Origin: Minisyncoccota bacterium
GTDB taxonomy: Bacteria; Patescibacteriota; Minisyncoccia; Phycocordibacterales; UBA9973
Direction: 5' to 3'
Assembly (NCBI GenBank): GCA_035403785.1
Contig: DAONFW010000001.1
Coordinates: 21,595-85,594, forward strand
DNA length: 64,000 nt
In this document: piece after piece, positions 21,842 to 32,753 of the stretch
Layout of the letters: each line of letters opens with the position of its first letter
How positions within the stretch are numbered: position 1 is the first letter of the stretch
Notes under the pieces: model-generated
Database searches by the model: none
Seen by the model: only the letters and a program-made list of their open reading frames with translations
Told to the model about the DNA's origin: nothing
Program-made: the position numbers and the translations under genes

Positions 21842-22201
21842 ATGGAAACAAAACCAAACCCAATCGAACGTCTGGAGCGTACCCAGTACTCAGAAGATTA
21901 TGACAAAGAACTAACTTTTGAATTTGGAGAAGAGAAACTAATTTGCCCTGTAAGTTTTAGACAGGATCAAAAAAATCGTGACGTTTTTAATGTTTCTAAA
22001 GTTTTATCAGAGAAAGGAGAATCATTTTTAAAATGTAAAAAGAAACTAATAAAACGACAAATGATTTATCTTATCATTAAGGGATACCAGTATACATTAG
22101 CTGGAGGTGAACTGAAAAAAGTTCCAGGCCCAAAAGAGTTTATTTTATGCCAAGTAATTGATATAAGAACAACTCTAATCAAAGTTAAGATATTGTTATA
22201 A
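21842..22201 (+). CDS. Hypothetical protein
   Basis: 119-aa ATG ORF filling an intergenic gap; no recognised motif. Confidence 0.5.
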   Translation: METKPNPIERLERTQYSEDYDKELTFEFGEEKLICPVSFRQDQKNRDVFNVSKVLSEKGESFLKCKKKLIKRQMIYLIIKGYQYTLAGGELKKVPGPKEFILCQVIDIRTTLIKVKILL

Positions 22202-22352
22202 TTATTAATTTCAAAAAAATTTAAAGTATGGGTACGTTCGACAGAAGATGAAGCAGGACACACTCTCAGAGTAACTCCTGCTTTTTTATTTTTCATATAA
22301 ACAAAAAGACCCAGATTACTCTGGGTTTTTTGTAATAATTACTATTTAATTA

Positions 22353-24539
22353 TTATTTCAAACTATTTATCACTGTATTTGTCTTAGGACCAATAATACC
22401 ATCACCTACTAACTTGTTAGCTAATTGGAACTTAATGACTGCTTTTTTAGTTAAAGTACCAAAGTAGTTTGTCTCATGTCCTGGTGAACCTGCTCCTGTA
22501 GTAGCTACTTGATAACCATGAGTGTTTAAGAACTTTTGGAGTTCTTTTACGTCATTGTTTATCATAGAGTATTTTAGGAGTTTGGTGAAGGTGAAGGAAG
22601 TTGCTGAAGTATTACTAAATTGTGATTGTAATTGTGCAGCTTCTGTTGTTTTACCCATTGATACTAAGTTGGCCACTTGAGCTCCTAGAGATGAGCCGGA
22701 AGAAGTGTGAGACCTTGGAGTTAAAATTGTAGTAAAATTCCAAAATGTTTTATTTGAAATCGCCCCAATAGGATTACCAGACAAATCAGTAACAGCACCC
22801 TCTTCGGTTAAAACATAATATCCTGTATTTTCATCTAATACATTAGATGGATTAACAGTGACAACATTACCTACTATGGTTACACTAGGATCACCACCCG
22901 TTACTGTTTCAACTAATGAATCATCAGATGTTTTATAAATTCTAAAAGTTTTACCATTTCCAATTAAAATATCTTCATTAAAAGTTATAGCTAAATTTGT
23001 ATCTACTGCTACATCAATAGCATTATCTAATGGATTAAATAAAGAAACAGTAGGAGGAATAACATCTTCTAAAACAAGTTTAGAAATAAAACTATCCCAA
23101 TCACCAAAAGAAGTTAAAGTAGTTGTTCCTACTCCTGGATCAAAACCACCTGTACCAGAAAAAGATCCTGCAACCCAAACATTATCTCCCGAAGAATCAA
23201 CAGCAACACTTGCATCATAACTCGAACCTGAACCCATTTGTTTTGCCCAAACAAAATTACCATCTGAATCAAGTTTTAAAACGAATTTACTATTACCAGC
23301 TGAAGCCAAATTATAGGTTCCTGCTCCAGGATCAAAATCAACTGTACTATTAAAAAATCCAGCGGTATAAGTATTACCACTTGAATCAATTGCAATACCA
23401 AAAGATTCATCTTCGGCTCCTGTACCTCCTATTTGTTTTACCCATACAAAATTTCCATCTGAATCAAGTTTTAAAATAAAAATATCCTCCGTTCCAGAAG
23501 TAGCTATTAATTTATTTTCTGCTACTCCAGGATCAAAATCAACCGTTCCAGTAAAATATCCGGTAAGATACAAATTATTCCCAGTAAAATCAAGAACTGA
23601 ATCAAACGGGGTGCTTGCACCCACACCAGAACCTACTATTTGTTTTGCCCATACAAAATTACTAGAAGAATCTAACTTCACAACAAAACTATCTGTTCCT
23701 ACAGCTGTAAGAGGAAAGATTCCTGCCCCAGGGTCAAAATCATCAGTTCCATCAAAATAACCAGAAAAATAAACATTGCCATTAGAATCAACTGCAGCAG
23801 AAGGACTAGTCCCCCATCTATATGTTCCCATTTGTTTTGCCCATACAAAATTACCATCTGAATCCAGTTTTAAAACATACGAAGCACTATTGTTCGGTGA
23901 GACAATATCAACAACAGAAGCTCCTGGATCAAAATCAACAGTTCCAGAAAAAGAACCCGAAATATAAATATTATTTAATGAATCAAGAGTTAAATTTTTA
24001 CTATCCGCAGAATCAGTACCAGTATTATGCCCTCCTACTTGTTTTGCCCAAACAAAATTTCCACTTGAATTTAATTTAACAATAAAAACATCTGTTCCAC
24101 CAACAGCCGTAAGGGGAAAAGTTCCTGCCCCAGGATCAAAATCAACAGTTCCAGAAAAATAACCAGTTATATAAACATTTTTAGAAGCATCCACTTTCAA
24201 AGAACGACCAAAAGCCTGATTTCCAGCTGTTCCACCCATTTGTTTTGCCCATACAAAATTACCATCTGAATCCATTTTTAAAACAAAAGCATCATAAAGA
24301 GCAGATGTTAAAGAAACATTTCCTATCCCCGGATCTAAATCAGCTGTCCCAGAAAAAAAACCAGTGGTATAAACATTACCGCTTGAATCAATCGCATTAG
24401 AATAAGAAATATCTCTTCCAGCTCCTCCAATTTGCCCGACCCAATTCAAAAGGACATTATCAGCTTTTGCTAACTGAGGAAACATCACACCAAATACTAA
24501 GAATAAAACAAAAACACTTAAAACTAAATATTTTTTCAT
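22353..24539 (-). CDS. Secreted surface protein: SBBP-like beta-propeller repeats, Ig-like domain and peptidoglycan-binding domain
   Basis: Signal peptide; ~60-aa repeats with DFDPG and KLDSDGNFVWAKQ; C-terminal DVKELQKFLN...YFGTLTKKAVIKFQ. Confidence 0.85.
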   Translation of the reverse strand: MKKYLVLSVFVLFLVFGVMFPQLAKADNVLLNWVGQIGGAGRDISYSNAIDSSGNVYTTGFFSGTADLDPGIGNVSLTSALYDAFVLKMDSDGNFVWAKQMGGTAGNQAFGRSLKVDASKNVYITGYFSGTVDFDPGAGTFPLTAVGGTDVFIVKLNSSGNFVWAKQVGGHNTGTDSADSKNLTLDSLNNIYISGSFSGTVDFDPGASVVDIVSPNNSASYVLKLDSDGNFVWAKQMGTYRWGTSPSAAVDSNGNVYFSGYFDGTDDFDPGAGIFPLTAVGTDSFVVKLDSSSNFVWAKQIVGSGVGASTPFDSVLDFTGNNLYLTGYFTGTVDFDPGVAENKLIATSGTEDIFILKLDSDGNFVWVKQIGGTGAEDESFGIAIDSSGNTYTAGFFNSTVDFDPGAGTYNLASAGNSKFVLKLDSDGNFVWAKQMGSGSSYDASVAVDSSGDNVWVAGSFSGTGGFDPGVGTTTLTSFGDWDSFISKLVLEDVIPPTVSLFNPLDNAIDVAVDTNLAITFNEDILIGNGKTFRIYKTSDDSLVETVTGGDPSVTIVGNVVTVNPSNVLDENTGYYVLTEEGAVTDLSGNPIGAISNKTFWNFTTILTPRSHTSSGSSLGAQVANLVSMGKTTEAAQLQSQFSNTSATSFTFTKLLKYSMINNDVKELQKFLNTHGYQVATTGAGSPGHETNYFGTLTKKAVIKFQLANKLVGDGIIGPKTNTVINSLK

Positions 24540-24576
24540 TTTTATAAATTAAATTATTAATAATTAAGATAGAATT

Positions 24577-24606
24577 ATTATACCCCCCCCCCCGCAAGAT
24601 TTACAA
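24577..24606 (-). promoter_or_regulatory. Sigma70-type promoter with a G11 tract in the spacer
   Basis: Minus strand reads TTGTAA-ATCTTGC-G11-TATAAT (18-nt spacer) upstream of 24539. Confidence 0.6.
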
Positions 24607-24697
24607 AATTTTAAAAAGTGAAAAAACTAAAAACCCCACACAATTAAGTGCGAGGTTTTTAAAATATTTCTAATATTTTCTGTTTTTTATTTTTTAT

Positions 24698-25150
24698 TTA
24701 CTGAACAGGAACAGCAACGTTTCTTACTTCAACAGACTGCGCAGTGACGCTACCATCAGAATTTGGAGTCCCATTTATACTTACAGTCTTCCCTACTTCT
24801 AAATCTTGAACTGTGCCTTCTGTACTTTTTGAAACAGAAGTTTTGTCAGAAAGAAAAATTATTCTCGAACCACCATTTTTCATTTTTAGAGTAATACTCA
24901 TTGCATCTTTTGCTAATATTTCTCCAGAGAACATGCCACTGTTAAAACCCGACTCAAAATTTCCATTTCTCATTCCCCCAACTGGACCACCCAAGCCCAT
25001 CTGCTGCTGAAATTTATCATTCTTCATCCTGTTAGAATTTCTATTTTTTGAAACACAAGAACCGATTGCAAAAAAGATAATTGCGATGGCCAAAAATCCT
25101 GCTATCAAAATCAAAGCCTTTTTGTTTTTTAATAAATTTTTTATATTCAT
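24698..25150 (-). CDS. Membrane-anchored DUF5666-like (OB-fold) protein
   Basis: N-terminal TM helix; DLEVGKTVSINGTPNSDGSVTAQSV. Confidence 0.65.
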   Translation of the reverse strand: MNIKNLLKNKKALILIAGFLAIAIIFFAIGSCVSKNRNSNRMKNDKFQQQMGLGGPVGGMRNGNFESGFNSGMFSGEILAKDAMSITLKMKNGGSRIIFLSDKTSVSKSTEGTVQDLEVGKTVSINGTPNSDGSVTAQSVEVRNVAVPVQ

Positions 25151-25217
25151 ATATGTATTTTTATTTTTACTATTTTTTAATTTTCTACACGACTATTTAT
25201 TAATATTAATTATAAAC

Positions 25218-26441
25218 TTATTCGTAACGCAAAGCATCTATTGGATTAAGAGATGCTGCGCGCTTCGCCGGATAAAAACCAAACACAATTCCAATAACAG
25301 TAGAAACACCAAAAGCAAGCAAGACAGAAGAAACAGAAACCTGCGCTTGTAATATTCCCAATTTGGTTACCAAAAAAGAAACAAGCCAACCTAAAACTAT
25401 TCCTATGAAACCTCCAAAAAATGTAAGCATTATTGCTTCTATCAAAAACTGCTTACTGATATCTTTTTTCTTGGCACCAATAGCTTTACGCAAGCCGATT
25501 TCTCGGGTGCGTTCTGTGACCGTAGTGAGCATCATATTCATGATCCCTATTCCACCAACAATAAGCGAGATACCAGCAACCGCAGCGAGTAACGTAGTAA
25601 AAGTGCTTGTCACAGAAGATGCTGTCGCAATAATGTCAGACTGATTCATCGTGCTAAAATCTGCACTCGATTCATCTTTTATTTTATGTCTAGCCAAAAG
25701 TAAAGACGTGATATCTTCTTGCACTTGAGTAGAAACTTCAGAGCTTGCTGCTGAAACATCTATTTCACTTAAATATTTATTTCCCGAAAGATATCTCTGC
25801 GCAGTAGTATATGGAATATAAATAATATCATCGCTGTTACTAAAACCAGATCCGCCTTTTGATTTTGTAATTCCAATAATTTTATATTCAGCGCCGGAAA
25901 TACGAACTTTTTGTCCAACAACATCAGTAGCATTTTCACCAAACAAATCATCTCGCGTTGTCGGACCAATAACTGCTACTTTTGCGCTACTTAAAACATT
26001 TTGTTCTGAAATAAAAGCTCCTTCATCAACTGTTACATTGCGCACTGTTGAATAAGAATTTTCTGTGCCAATAATACTTGTGTTTGTATTATTTCCACTG
26101 GCTACAACTTGTTGCCTAGAAGTAACTTCTCGCGCAATGCCAGAGATATTTTCGATTTGATTTTCTATAGCATTTGCATCTTCTATTGTTAAAGTCTGAG
26201 CGCCGCCGCGAGCAGCATTGGGTCCACCAAAAGAACGTTGCGCCCCCGGTGTCACCATGACCAGATTTGCGCCGATAGACTGAATACTAGAAGAAATAGA
26301 ATTCTGTGCGCCCTGCCCTATCGCTGTCATAGCGATCACCGAAGCGATCCCGATGATTATACCGAGCATCGTAAGTCCCGTTCGAACTTTATTCGATTTC
26401 AGAGCTGAAAAAGTTTCTTTTAAAATATCTCTCGTTTTCAT
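25218..26441 (-). CDS. MacB/FtsX-family ABC permease
   Basis: LTMLGIIIGIASV, GGIGIMNMML, ERTREIGLRKAIGA, NPIDALRYE. Confidence 0.93.
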   Translation of the reverse strand: MKTRDILKETFSALKSNKVRTGLTMLGIIIGIASVIAMTAIGQGAQNSISSSIQSIGANLVMVTPGAQRSFGGPNAARGGAQTLTIEDANAIENQIENISGIAREVTSRQQVVASGNNTNTSIIGTENSYSTVRNVTVDEGAFISEQNVLSSAKVAVIGPTTRDDLFGENATDVVGQKVRISGAEYKIIGITKSKGGSGFSNSDDIIYIPYTTAQRYLSGNKYLSEIDVSAASSEVSTQVQEDITSLLLARHKIKDESSADFSTMNQSDIIATASSVTSTFTTLLAAVAGISLIVGGIGIMNMMLTTVTERTREIGLRKAIGAKKKDISKQFLIEAIMLTFFGGFIGIVLGWLVSFLVTKLGILQAQVSVSSVLLAFGVSTVIGIVFGFYPAKRAASLNPIDALRYE

Positions 26442-26491
26442 AATATATTTTTTGTTTCTTCTAATTAATTTAATTAAACTAAAAATTAAAA

Positions 26492-27202
26492 TTAAATTTC
26501 TGCAATTTTCTTTTTGTGGCTATTGGGACTTTCTGTTAACAAACCATCGCGGATAAATAAAATCCGATCAGCGTGTTCAGCCACATCTTGTTCATGGGTA
26601 ATAAGAATTATTGTTCTTCCAAATTCTTTATTTAATTTTTGAAAAGTTGCAAGCACAATGTTTCCTGTTTTGGTATCAAGATTTCCAGTCGGCTCATCGG
26701 CCAAAATAATAGCTGGATCATTTACCAACGCACGCGCAATCGCTACACGCTGAATTTGTCCTCCGGAAAGTTGATTTGATAAATGATGAAAATATTTTTC
26801 ATCAAGACCAGCTTCTTTCAAAGCTTCTTTCGCTCGCGCTTCTCTTTTTTCTTTCGGAATTCCGTCATAAACAAGTGGTAATTCTACATTTCTCAAAACA
26901 GTCGCACGTGGCAAAAGATTGAAAGACTGAAAAACAAAGCCAATATTATTTTTTCTAATATCAGCAAGCTGATCATCTGATAGAGTTGAAACATCTTTGT
27001 TATCTAGAAAATAAGTTCCAGAAGTCGCAGTGTCCAATGCTCCCAAAATATGCATGAGCGTAGATTTTCCAGAGCCAGACGGACCCATGATCGCAACAAA
27101 TTCGCCTTTCTTTACTGAAAAACTAACTCCTTTCAAAGCCTGAAATGGTTCACTGCCACCAGATGCATAAATTTTAGTTATATCTTCAACTTTTATAATC
27201 AT
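26492..27202 (-). CDS. ABC ATPase (LolD/MacB-like)
   Basis: GPSGSGKST, LSGGQ, ADEPTGNLD. Confidence 0.95.
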   Translation of the reverse strand: MIIKVEDITKIYASGGSEPFQALKGVSFSVKKGEFVAIMGPSGSGKSTLMHILGALDTATSGTYFLDNKDVSTLSDDQLADIRKNNIGFVFQSFNLLPRATVLRNVELPLVYDGIPKEKREARAKEALKEAGLDEKYFHHLSNQLSGGQIQRVAIARALVNDPAIILADEPTGNLDTKTGNIVLATFQKLNKEFGRTIILITHEQDVAEHADRILFIRDGLLTESPNSHKKKIAEI

Positions 27203-27224
27203 AAAATAAATAAATATTAAAATA

Positions 27225-28949
27225 TTACATTCCCAACGGTGGTCCTCCTGCTCTCATGTTATTACTAGAACTTTTACTGCTACTAGAACTGCTTTTATTA
27301 TTATTGTTATTTTTAAATGAATTTAAAATACTCGGCGCAGAAGAAGATGAGCTGCTAGAACTCGAACCGTTAATAGTTTTTGTTACAACAATATCTCCTT
27401 CTTGAAGTCCGGAAACAATTTCAGTTGATGTGTCATCGGAAAGACCAATCTCAACTACTTTTTGTTCTGGTAAAACACTAGAAATAGAACCTTGCTCTCC
27501 AGATTTTGGCTCTGTTAAAGCTTCAGAAAAAATTTCTACATAAGAAATATTATTTTTTGTTTTTACTGCACTGGTTGGCACAACCAAAACATCTTGAGCC
27601 GTGTCGATAATAACAGAAGCCGTAACACTCATGCCTGGTTTTATTCTTTCATCTTGAGTATCAAAATTAATTTTGACATCATAATTTACCACTCCAGAAG
27701 AAACCGTACCGACAGAATCAACTTCTACAACTTCACCAGAAATAGTCAGATCTGAAATCGCGTCAAAAGTGAGTGTTGCTTTTTGCCCAGTTTTTATTTG
27801 AGCAATATCAACTTCATTAAATGGAATTTCAGCTATCTTCGCATCAGTAATGAAAGTAGCCACAGTTGTACCAGAACTTATTGAATCAGATTTTTCTACA
27901 GCAATATCTGCCACGATTCCATCAAACGGCGCTCTAATATAATAATCTGATAATTCTTCTTTCAAATCATTGAGAGAATTTTGTTTTTGTCGCACAGAAA
28001 TTTGATAACTTTCTAGATCCAAACCAGAAGTTGAAAAATCTTCCTGCGCAGTTTTGATATCTTGTTTTGAAGAATACAAATCAGACAAGTGCCCATCTAC
28101 CGTATTGATATACTGAGTCAAAGAATTCTGAATTGAAGAAAAATCTGCGCCACCGTCACGTTCATAAGATAAATAATCTACTAAATTCTTCACGCTCTTC
28201 AACATGTCTGAAGTTTTTTTAACAGTTTCATAAGTTTCGTTTACAACATTTTCAATTTCTTCATTTGTAGAATTTCTATTTACTGTTCTGTATGTTGATC
28301 TAACTTCTTGAAACATTCTATCAGTTTCGTAATATAAATTTTCAGCTTTGTCTAAATAATTCACTGCCGTTTTTCCAGAACTGATAACAACATTATTAGA
28401 TAAACTTTGCTCAGACAAAATAGCATCTTCTACTCCAGTAATCACTGTAGGTAAATCTAAAAAGGCATCAGCCACAGCTGTCAGACCGTCTTCGTAAGCT
28501 TTTTGTAAATCAGAACTTCTGTTTTCTTCAGAATTTTGAATCTCTGCTTTTTGTAAAGAAATTTTGGCGCTCTGTAAACTCAACTCTGCATCACGCAAAG
28601 ATTTTTGCATATCGCCTGAATCTATTTGCGCAATAAGAGTGTCTTTCGAAACTCTCTGTCCGCTTTTCACTCCGATAGCCACAATATCGCCAGAAGCTTT
28701 TGCTTTCAGATCAACCTGATTCGAAGCAGAAACCTGTCCTGTGCCACTTACCGAAGTTATAATCGTGCCTTTTTCAACATTAGTTGTGACATAACGTACT
28801 TCGTCAGAAGCGTTAGAAACTTTTTTGTAAGCCCAAAATCCTATCGAAAGCACCACAATCAAAATAACAATGCTTACTACTTTGTGTGCAATAAAATAAT
28901 TTTTGCACTTCAAAAAACAATTTTTCATTTTTTCTTTTATTTGAGTCAT
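27225..28949 (-). CDS. Membrane fusion (MacA-like adaptor) protein
   Basis: Lipoyl halves around a long coiled coil, IRAPFDG, IKPGMSV. Confidence 0.88.
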   Translation of the reverse strand: MTQIKEKMKNCFLKCKNYFIAHKVVSIVILIVVLSIGFWAYKKVSNASDEVRYVTTNVEKGTIITSVSGTGQVSASNQVDLKAKASGDIVAIGVKSGQRVSKDTLIAQIDSGDMQKSLRDAELSLQSAKISLQKAEIQNSEENRSSDLQKAYEDGLTAVADAFLDLPTVITGVEDAILSEQSLSNNVVISSGKTAVNYLDKAENLYYETDRMFQEVRSTYRTVNRNSTNEEIENVVNETYETVKKTSDMLKSVKNLVDYLSYERDGGADFSSIQNSLTQYINTVDGHLSDLYSSKQDIKTAQEDFSTSGLDLESYQISVRQKQNSLNDLKEELSDYYIRAPFDGIVADIAVEKSDSISSGTTVATFITDAKIAEIPFNEVDIAQIKTGQKATLTFDAISDLTISGEVVEVDSVGTVSSGVVNYDVKINFDTQDERIKPGMSVTASVIIDTAQDVLVVPTSAVKTKNNISYVEIFSEALTEPKSGEQGSISSVLPEQKVVEIGLSDDTSTEIVSGLQEGDIVVTKTINGSSSSSSSSSAPSILNSFKNNNNNKSSSSSSKSSSNNMRAGGPPLGM

Positions 28950-28987
28950 ATATTTATTTTTATAAATTATTCTAGAAGCAAAATTTG

Positions 28988-29500
28988 TTAATTGCTTGCT
29001 CCCATTCTTGGCGCGCTATTATTATTCGAATTATTCATCATGAATTCTTGATTCGGCATCAGTCTAACAAATTTTGCTTCTATCTGACCTTGATCATTGG
29101 GCGAACCAATCACAACCACAAAGTCATCTATTTTTAGATCTGCTATTTTTATCTGTTCTCTTCCCTTTTGAATTTGAGTATTTTCTTTTATTAAAACAAC
29201 TTTTTCGATATTTTCTCTATCTTGAACAATAATATTAGCATCAGTTATTTTGATAATTTTTCCAACTGCACCATGCGCGTTTGGCATTGCGTTCTCTCCA
29301 AAAATTGGCGGTGGAGTCATTCCAAAATTATTTTTATAATGTTCTCCCCAAGCTCTATTAAACTGCGCTTTTCTGAAACCTACAGACACTCCAGCAGAAA
29401 AAATTAGTCCGGCAATTATCAAAATTCCAAAAGCATAAATCATGCCGATTAAAATTTTTGATTTAAATATTTTTTCTAACTTTTCGTTTATTTTTTTCAT
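28988..29500 (-). CDS. Membrane-anchored DUF5666-like protein
   Basis: TM helix plus DLKIDDFVVVIGSPNDQGQIEA; resembles 24698..25150. Confidence 0.55.
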   Translation of the reverse strand: MKKINEKLEKIFKSKILIGMIYAFGILIIAGLIFSAGVSVGFRKAQFNRAWGEHYKNNFGMTPPPIFGENAMPNAHGAVGKIIKITDANIIVQDRENIEKVVLIKENTQIQKGREQIKIADLKIDDFVVVIGSPNDQGQIEAKFVRLMPNQEFMMNNSNNNSAPRMGASN

Positions 29501-29550
29501 ATACTTATTTTTATAAATTATTTTTAAATTTTAATTTTATTAAATATTTA

Positions 29551-29955
29551 TTAATTAAATGCTAATTCCTGATTTCTAATAACTTGCTTGAGCGCATATC
29601 TGGCTGACAAGAAAAATATAAAAACAACCGCGCAAGAAAGCAGTATATTTGAAACTGGCAATGTCTCAGCAATAGAATAAACCAACTCTTTCCAAAAACC
29701 TGCCAAACCACTAACATTTGAAAATGCAAGCGACAAATATTCATAAAAACCAGACTGTGCAAACTGAGTTGCCAAATTCTTAAAAATAGGAAAAGCTCCA
29801 ACAAAAGCAACAAAACTTGTTATTGAAAATAAAGTAAGCTTAATTTTTGCAGCTTTCTTTTGACGTAAAACAATAGAACGCCAAATATCTTCAGATAAAT
29901 TTGGCTCTGCTTGATAACCGGCTTTTTTCATTATTTTTGCTAATTCATTTTCCAT
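29551..29955 (-). CDS. Putative membrane anti-sigma factor
   Basis: Directly downstream of the ECF sigma gene; short N-terminus and two TM helices. Confidence 0.5.
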   Translation of the reverse strand: MENELAKIMKKAGYQAEPNLSEDIWRSIVLRQKKAAKIKLTLFSITSFVAFVGAFPIFKNLATQFAQSGFYEYLSLAFSNVSGLAGFWKELVYSIAETLPVSNILLSCAVVFIFFLSARYALKQVIRNQELAFN

Positions 29956-30006
29956 ATAATATATATACGGGAAAGAACTACTTTTTGGTGCAAAATTAAA
30001 AATTAA

Positions 30007-30585
30007 CTAAACTATCATTTTTCTTAATTCCAAAATAGCCCTTCTGTGATAACTTTTTACTGTATTTAAAGGCTTATCTAAAATTTTACTTATTTCATCA
30101 AAAGTCATTTCTTCTTGATAATGAAAAATCAAAACGGTCTTGTAGTGTGCTGGCAGTTTTTCTAAAAGTTCATTCAAATATTCTGCATCTTGAATTTTTT
30201 CTAGAAGTTTATCTGGTAGTAAATTTTCATCTTTGACTGTTTCAGAAAAATCTTCGAAACCTTCTTTTGTCTCAAGATCAGAAAATGAAATTATTTTCTT
30301 TTTTCTCAAAAAATCAAAACTTGTATTTTTTGCAATCGTAAAAATCCAAGTCTTGAAACTTGATTTCTTTTCATCAAATTTTCTTATGTTTTTCCAAACT
30401 TTTATAAAAACTTCTTGGAGAATATCAGAAGCATTTTCTTTGCCAACCAAATGTGCGACAAAATTAAAAAGAGGCTGGGAGTATCTGTCGATCAATTCTT
30501 TGAAAATTTCTCTATCTCCTTTTTTGTATAACAAAATTAAATTTTCATCTGAATCTAAATCTAAATCTTTCTGGTTTAAAGACAT
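30007..30585 (-). CDS. ECF-type sigma-70 factor
   Basis: DILQEVFIKVW, FKTWIFTIAKN, EISKILDKPLNTVKS. Confidence 0.92.
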   Translation of the reverse strand: MSLNQKDLDLDSDENLILLYKKGDREIFKELIDRYSQPLFNFVAHLVGKENASDILQEVFIKVWKNIRKFDEKKSSFKTWIFTIAKNTSFDFLRKKKIISFSDLETKEGFEDFSETVKDENLLPDKLLEKIQDAEYLNELLEKLPAHYKTVLIFHYQEEMTFDEISKILDKPLNTVKSYHRRAILELRKMIV

Positions 30586-30621
30586 AATTAAAATATAGCA
30601 CAAAAAACTTCTGAAAAGTTT

Positions 30622-32106
30622 TTACTCGACTAAAACTTTGACATTAGTATTTTCGTTTTTTATTTTCAAAGTCAAAATAGTGAACGAACCTAGAAATACT
30701 ACAATACTCGAAACAATAAAGACAAAACTGTACGCGCTAATTTGCGCTTTCAAAATTATAAGTGCAACATATTTTTGAAAATCTACTAATGCTGTTCCAA
30801 AAAAATGACTAAATTGATTTATGCGCAAAACATTACTTTCGATTCGGTTATTTAGCAAAGTTCCAAAAAGAGCAATCCCGAAAGCTCCGGAAATACTTCT
30901 GGCAAGTGCAAGCACAGAGGAAGCAATTCCAATTTCTGTCGGTTTAACAACTGAAGCGATTATATTTGTACGTTGAGACATACCAAAGCCCATTCCCAAA
31001 GCCATCACGCAAAGTGGAATAATAACTTCAATTGAACTTGATTTTGGGTCCAAGAAAGAAAGCATGAACAAGCCAACTGAAGCGACAGCGGTACTTGCAA
31101 AGATTGCGTATTTCGCTTTTATTTTTCCAGCAAATTTACCTCCGATCGCCGCAGAAACAACCATTGTTATCGCCATTGGCATAAATAAATAACCTGCTTT
31201 TGTCGCATCGTAACCCAAAAATGTCTGCACGAAAACAGGCACCAAAAACATTGATCCCATCATTCCCATGAACACGATAAAGTTATTCGAAAGCGTATTT
31301 ACAAAAGCTGGAATCTTAAAGAAACTCAAATCCACAATCGGCTCTTCAGATCTTTTCTCAATTTTTACGAAAATACTAAAGAACATTAATACAATAAAAT
31401 AACAAACAAGACTTTGCGCTGACATCCAACCCCAACTAAAACCTTTTTCTAGAACAAGCATCAAAGATGAAAGAGTCACACCCAAAGTAATAGCGCCCCA
31501 CCAATCAAACTTTTTACTTTTTACTTCGGATCTTGATTCGTTAATAAATCTCAAAGCCATCAATGTTCCAATAATTCCGATCGGCAAGTTGATAAAGAAA
31601 ACGGATCGCCAACCAAAATTATCTATCAATGGACCCCCAACAAGCGGACCCAAAACAGATGCCGCCGCAAAAGATGTTGACCACAAACCAAGAGCTTGAG
31701 CTCGTTCTTTCCCCTCTCTGAACGTAACAGTAATAATCGCCATCGCCGTCGGATAATCAGCAGAGCCGGCAATTGCTTGAATAACTCTGAAAACGATCAT
31801 TGAACTAAAACTCCAAGAAAGTCCTGCAAGCACAGAACCGATAATAAAAATACCGAAGCCAAGAATATAAACTTTTTTTCTTCCAATCGTGTCACCCAAT
31901 TTTCCCCAGATAGGCACAAAAACCGCATTCGCTAAAATGTATGCTGTTGCAATCCATCCGGCAGTAGAAACTGATATACCGAAATCATTAATCATTTTTG
32001 GAAGAGCTAGATTAACAATCGTCTGGTCTAGCGAACCCAAAAAAGTTCCAATAATAACGGTTATCAGTATCCACCATCGCAGTTTGTTCTGCTTGGTTTC
32101 TTCCAT
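30622..32106 (-). CDS. DHA2 (EmrB/QacA) MFS efflux permease
   Basis: LDQTIVNLALP, GKLGDTIGRK, WRSVFFINLPIG; 14-TM pattern. Confidence 0.92.
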   Translation of the reverse strand: MEETKQNKLRWWILITVIIGTFLGSLDQTIVNLALPKMINDFGISVSTAGWIATAYILANAVFVPIWGKLGDTIGRKKVYILGFGIFIIGSVLAGLSWSFSSMIVFRVIQAIAGSADYPTAMAIITVTFREGKERAQALGLWSTSFAAASVLGPLVGGPLIDNFGWRSVFFINLPIGIIGTLMALRFINESRSEVKSKKFDWWGAITLGVTLSSLMLVLEKGFSWGWMSAQSLVCYFIVLMFFSIFVKIEKRSEEPIVDLSFFKIPAFVNTLSNNFIVFMGMMGSMFLVPVFVQTFLGYDATKAGYLFMPMAITMVVSAAIGGKFAGKIKAKYAIFASTAVASVGLFMLSFLDPKSSSIEVIIPLCVMALGMGFGMSQRTNIIASVVKPTEIGIASSVLALARSISGAFGIALFGTLLNNRIESNVLRINQFSHFFGTALVDFQKYVALIILKAQISAYSFVFIVSSIVVFLGSFTILTLKIKNENTNVKVLVE

Positions 32107-32111
32107 AGTTT

Positions 32112-32744
32112 TTATTTATTATAAACTTCTATTTTTGCTGACATTCCATTTTTAAATTCTGGATGAGCAGCTGTGTCATATTTTACTTTTACCGTAAATT
32201 CTTTTGTTTCTCTTTTATCTGAGATACTAAAAACAACACTAGAATCTTTTGAAGTAGCACTGATTTCATCTACATAGCCAACAAATTTCTTTCCACCAAA
32301 AGCGTCTACTGTGAAAGTTGCAGGATCACCAATAGCGATGTCAGCAAAACCGGCATCTTCTTTGATAGTTCCAACTATTCGCATTTCATTTGGGTCAATC
32401 ATTTTTACCACAGCTTGAGTAGGACTAAAAAGTTGCCCTGGCGTATTATTCACATCAATTACTAAGCCATCAATTTTTGCAGTCAAAACTTCTGCTCCAA
32501 CGTGAGCAAGTTGTTGTCCCGCTGTCACCGTGTCGCCAGTTTTAACATAGACTTCATCCAAAATTCCAGCACTTGTTGGACTAATAGTAATAACAGGTGC
32601 AGAAACTGTCCCGTTTTCAATACTTACAGTAGAAACTGCTGACTTAACAAACAAAATTACTGTAACTATTACTATCACTAGAAATATTCCAGTTAAACTT
32701 TGAACCCAAGGTTTTTTAAATATACTTTCTTTAGGATTTTCCAT
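32112..32744 (-). CDS. EmrA/HlyD-family adaptor
   Basis: TM helix, lipoyl-like VKTGDTVTAGQ, FKNGMSA. Confidence 0.8.
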   Translation of the reverse strand: MENPKESIFKKPWVQSLTGIFLVIVIVTVILFVKSAVSTVSIENGTVSAPVITISPTSAGILDEVYVKTGDTVTAGQQLAHVGAEVLTAKIDGLVIDVNNTPGQLFSPTQAVVKMIDPNEMRIVGTIKEDAGFADIAIGDPATFTVDAFGGKKFVGYVDEISATSKDSSVVFSISDKRETKEFTVKVKYDTAAHPEFKNGMSAKIEVYNK

Positions 32745-32753
32745 AACTATTTA

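Noticed and set aside
23100-24400. Periodic DNA repeats suggesting a CRISPR array
   Set aside because: They are degenerate in-frame coding repeats of the beta-propeller protein; no cas genes and no unique spacers
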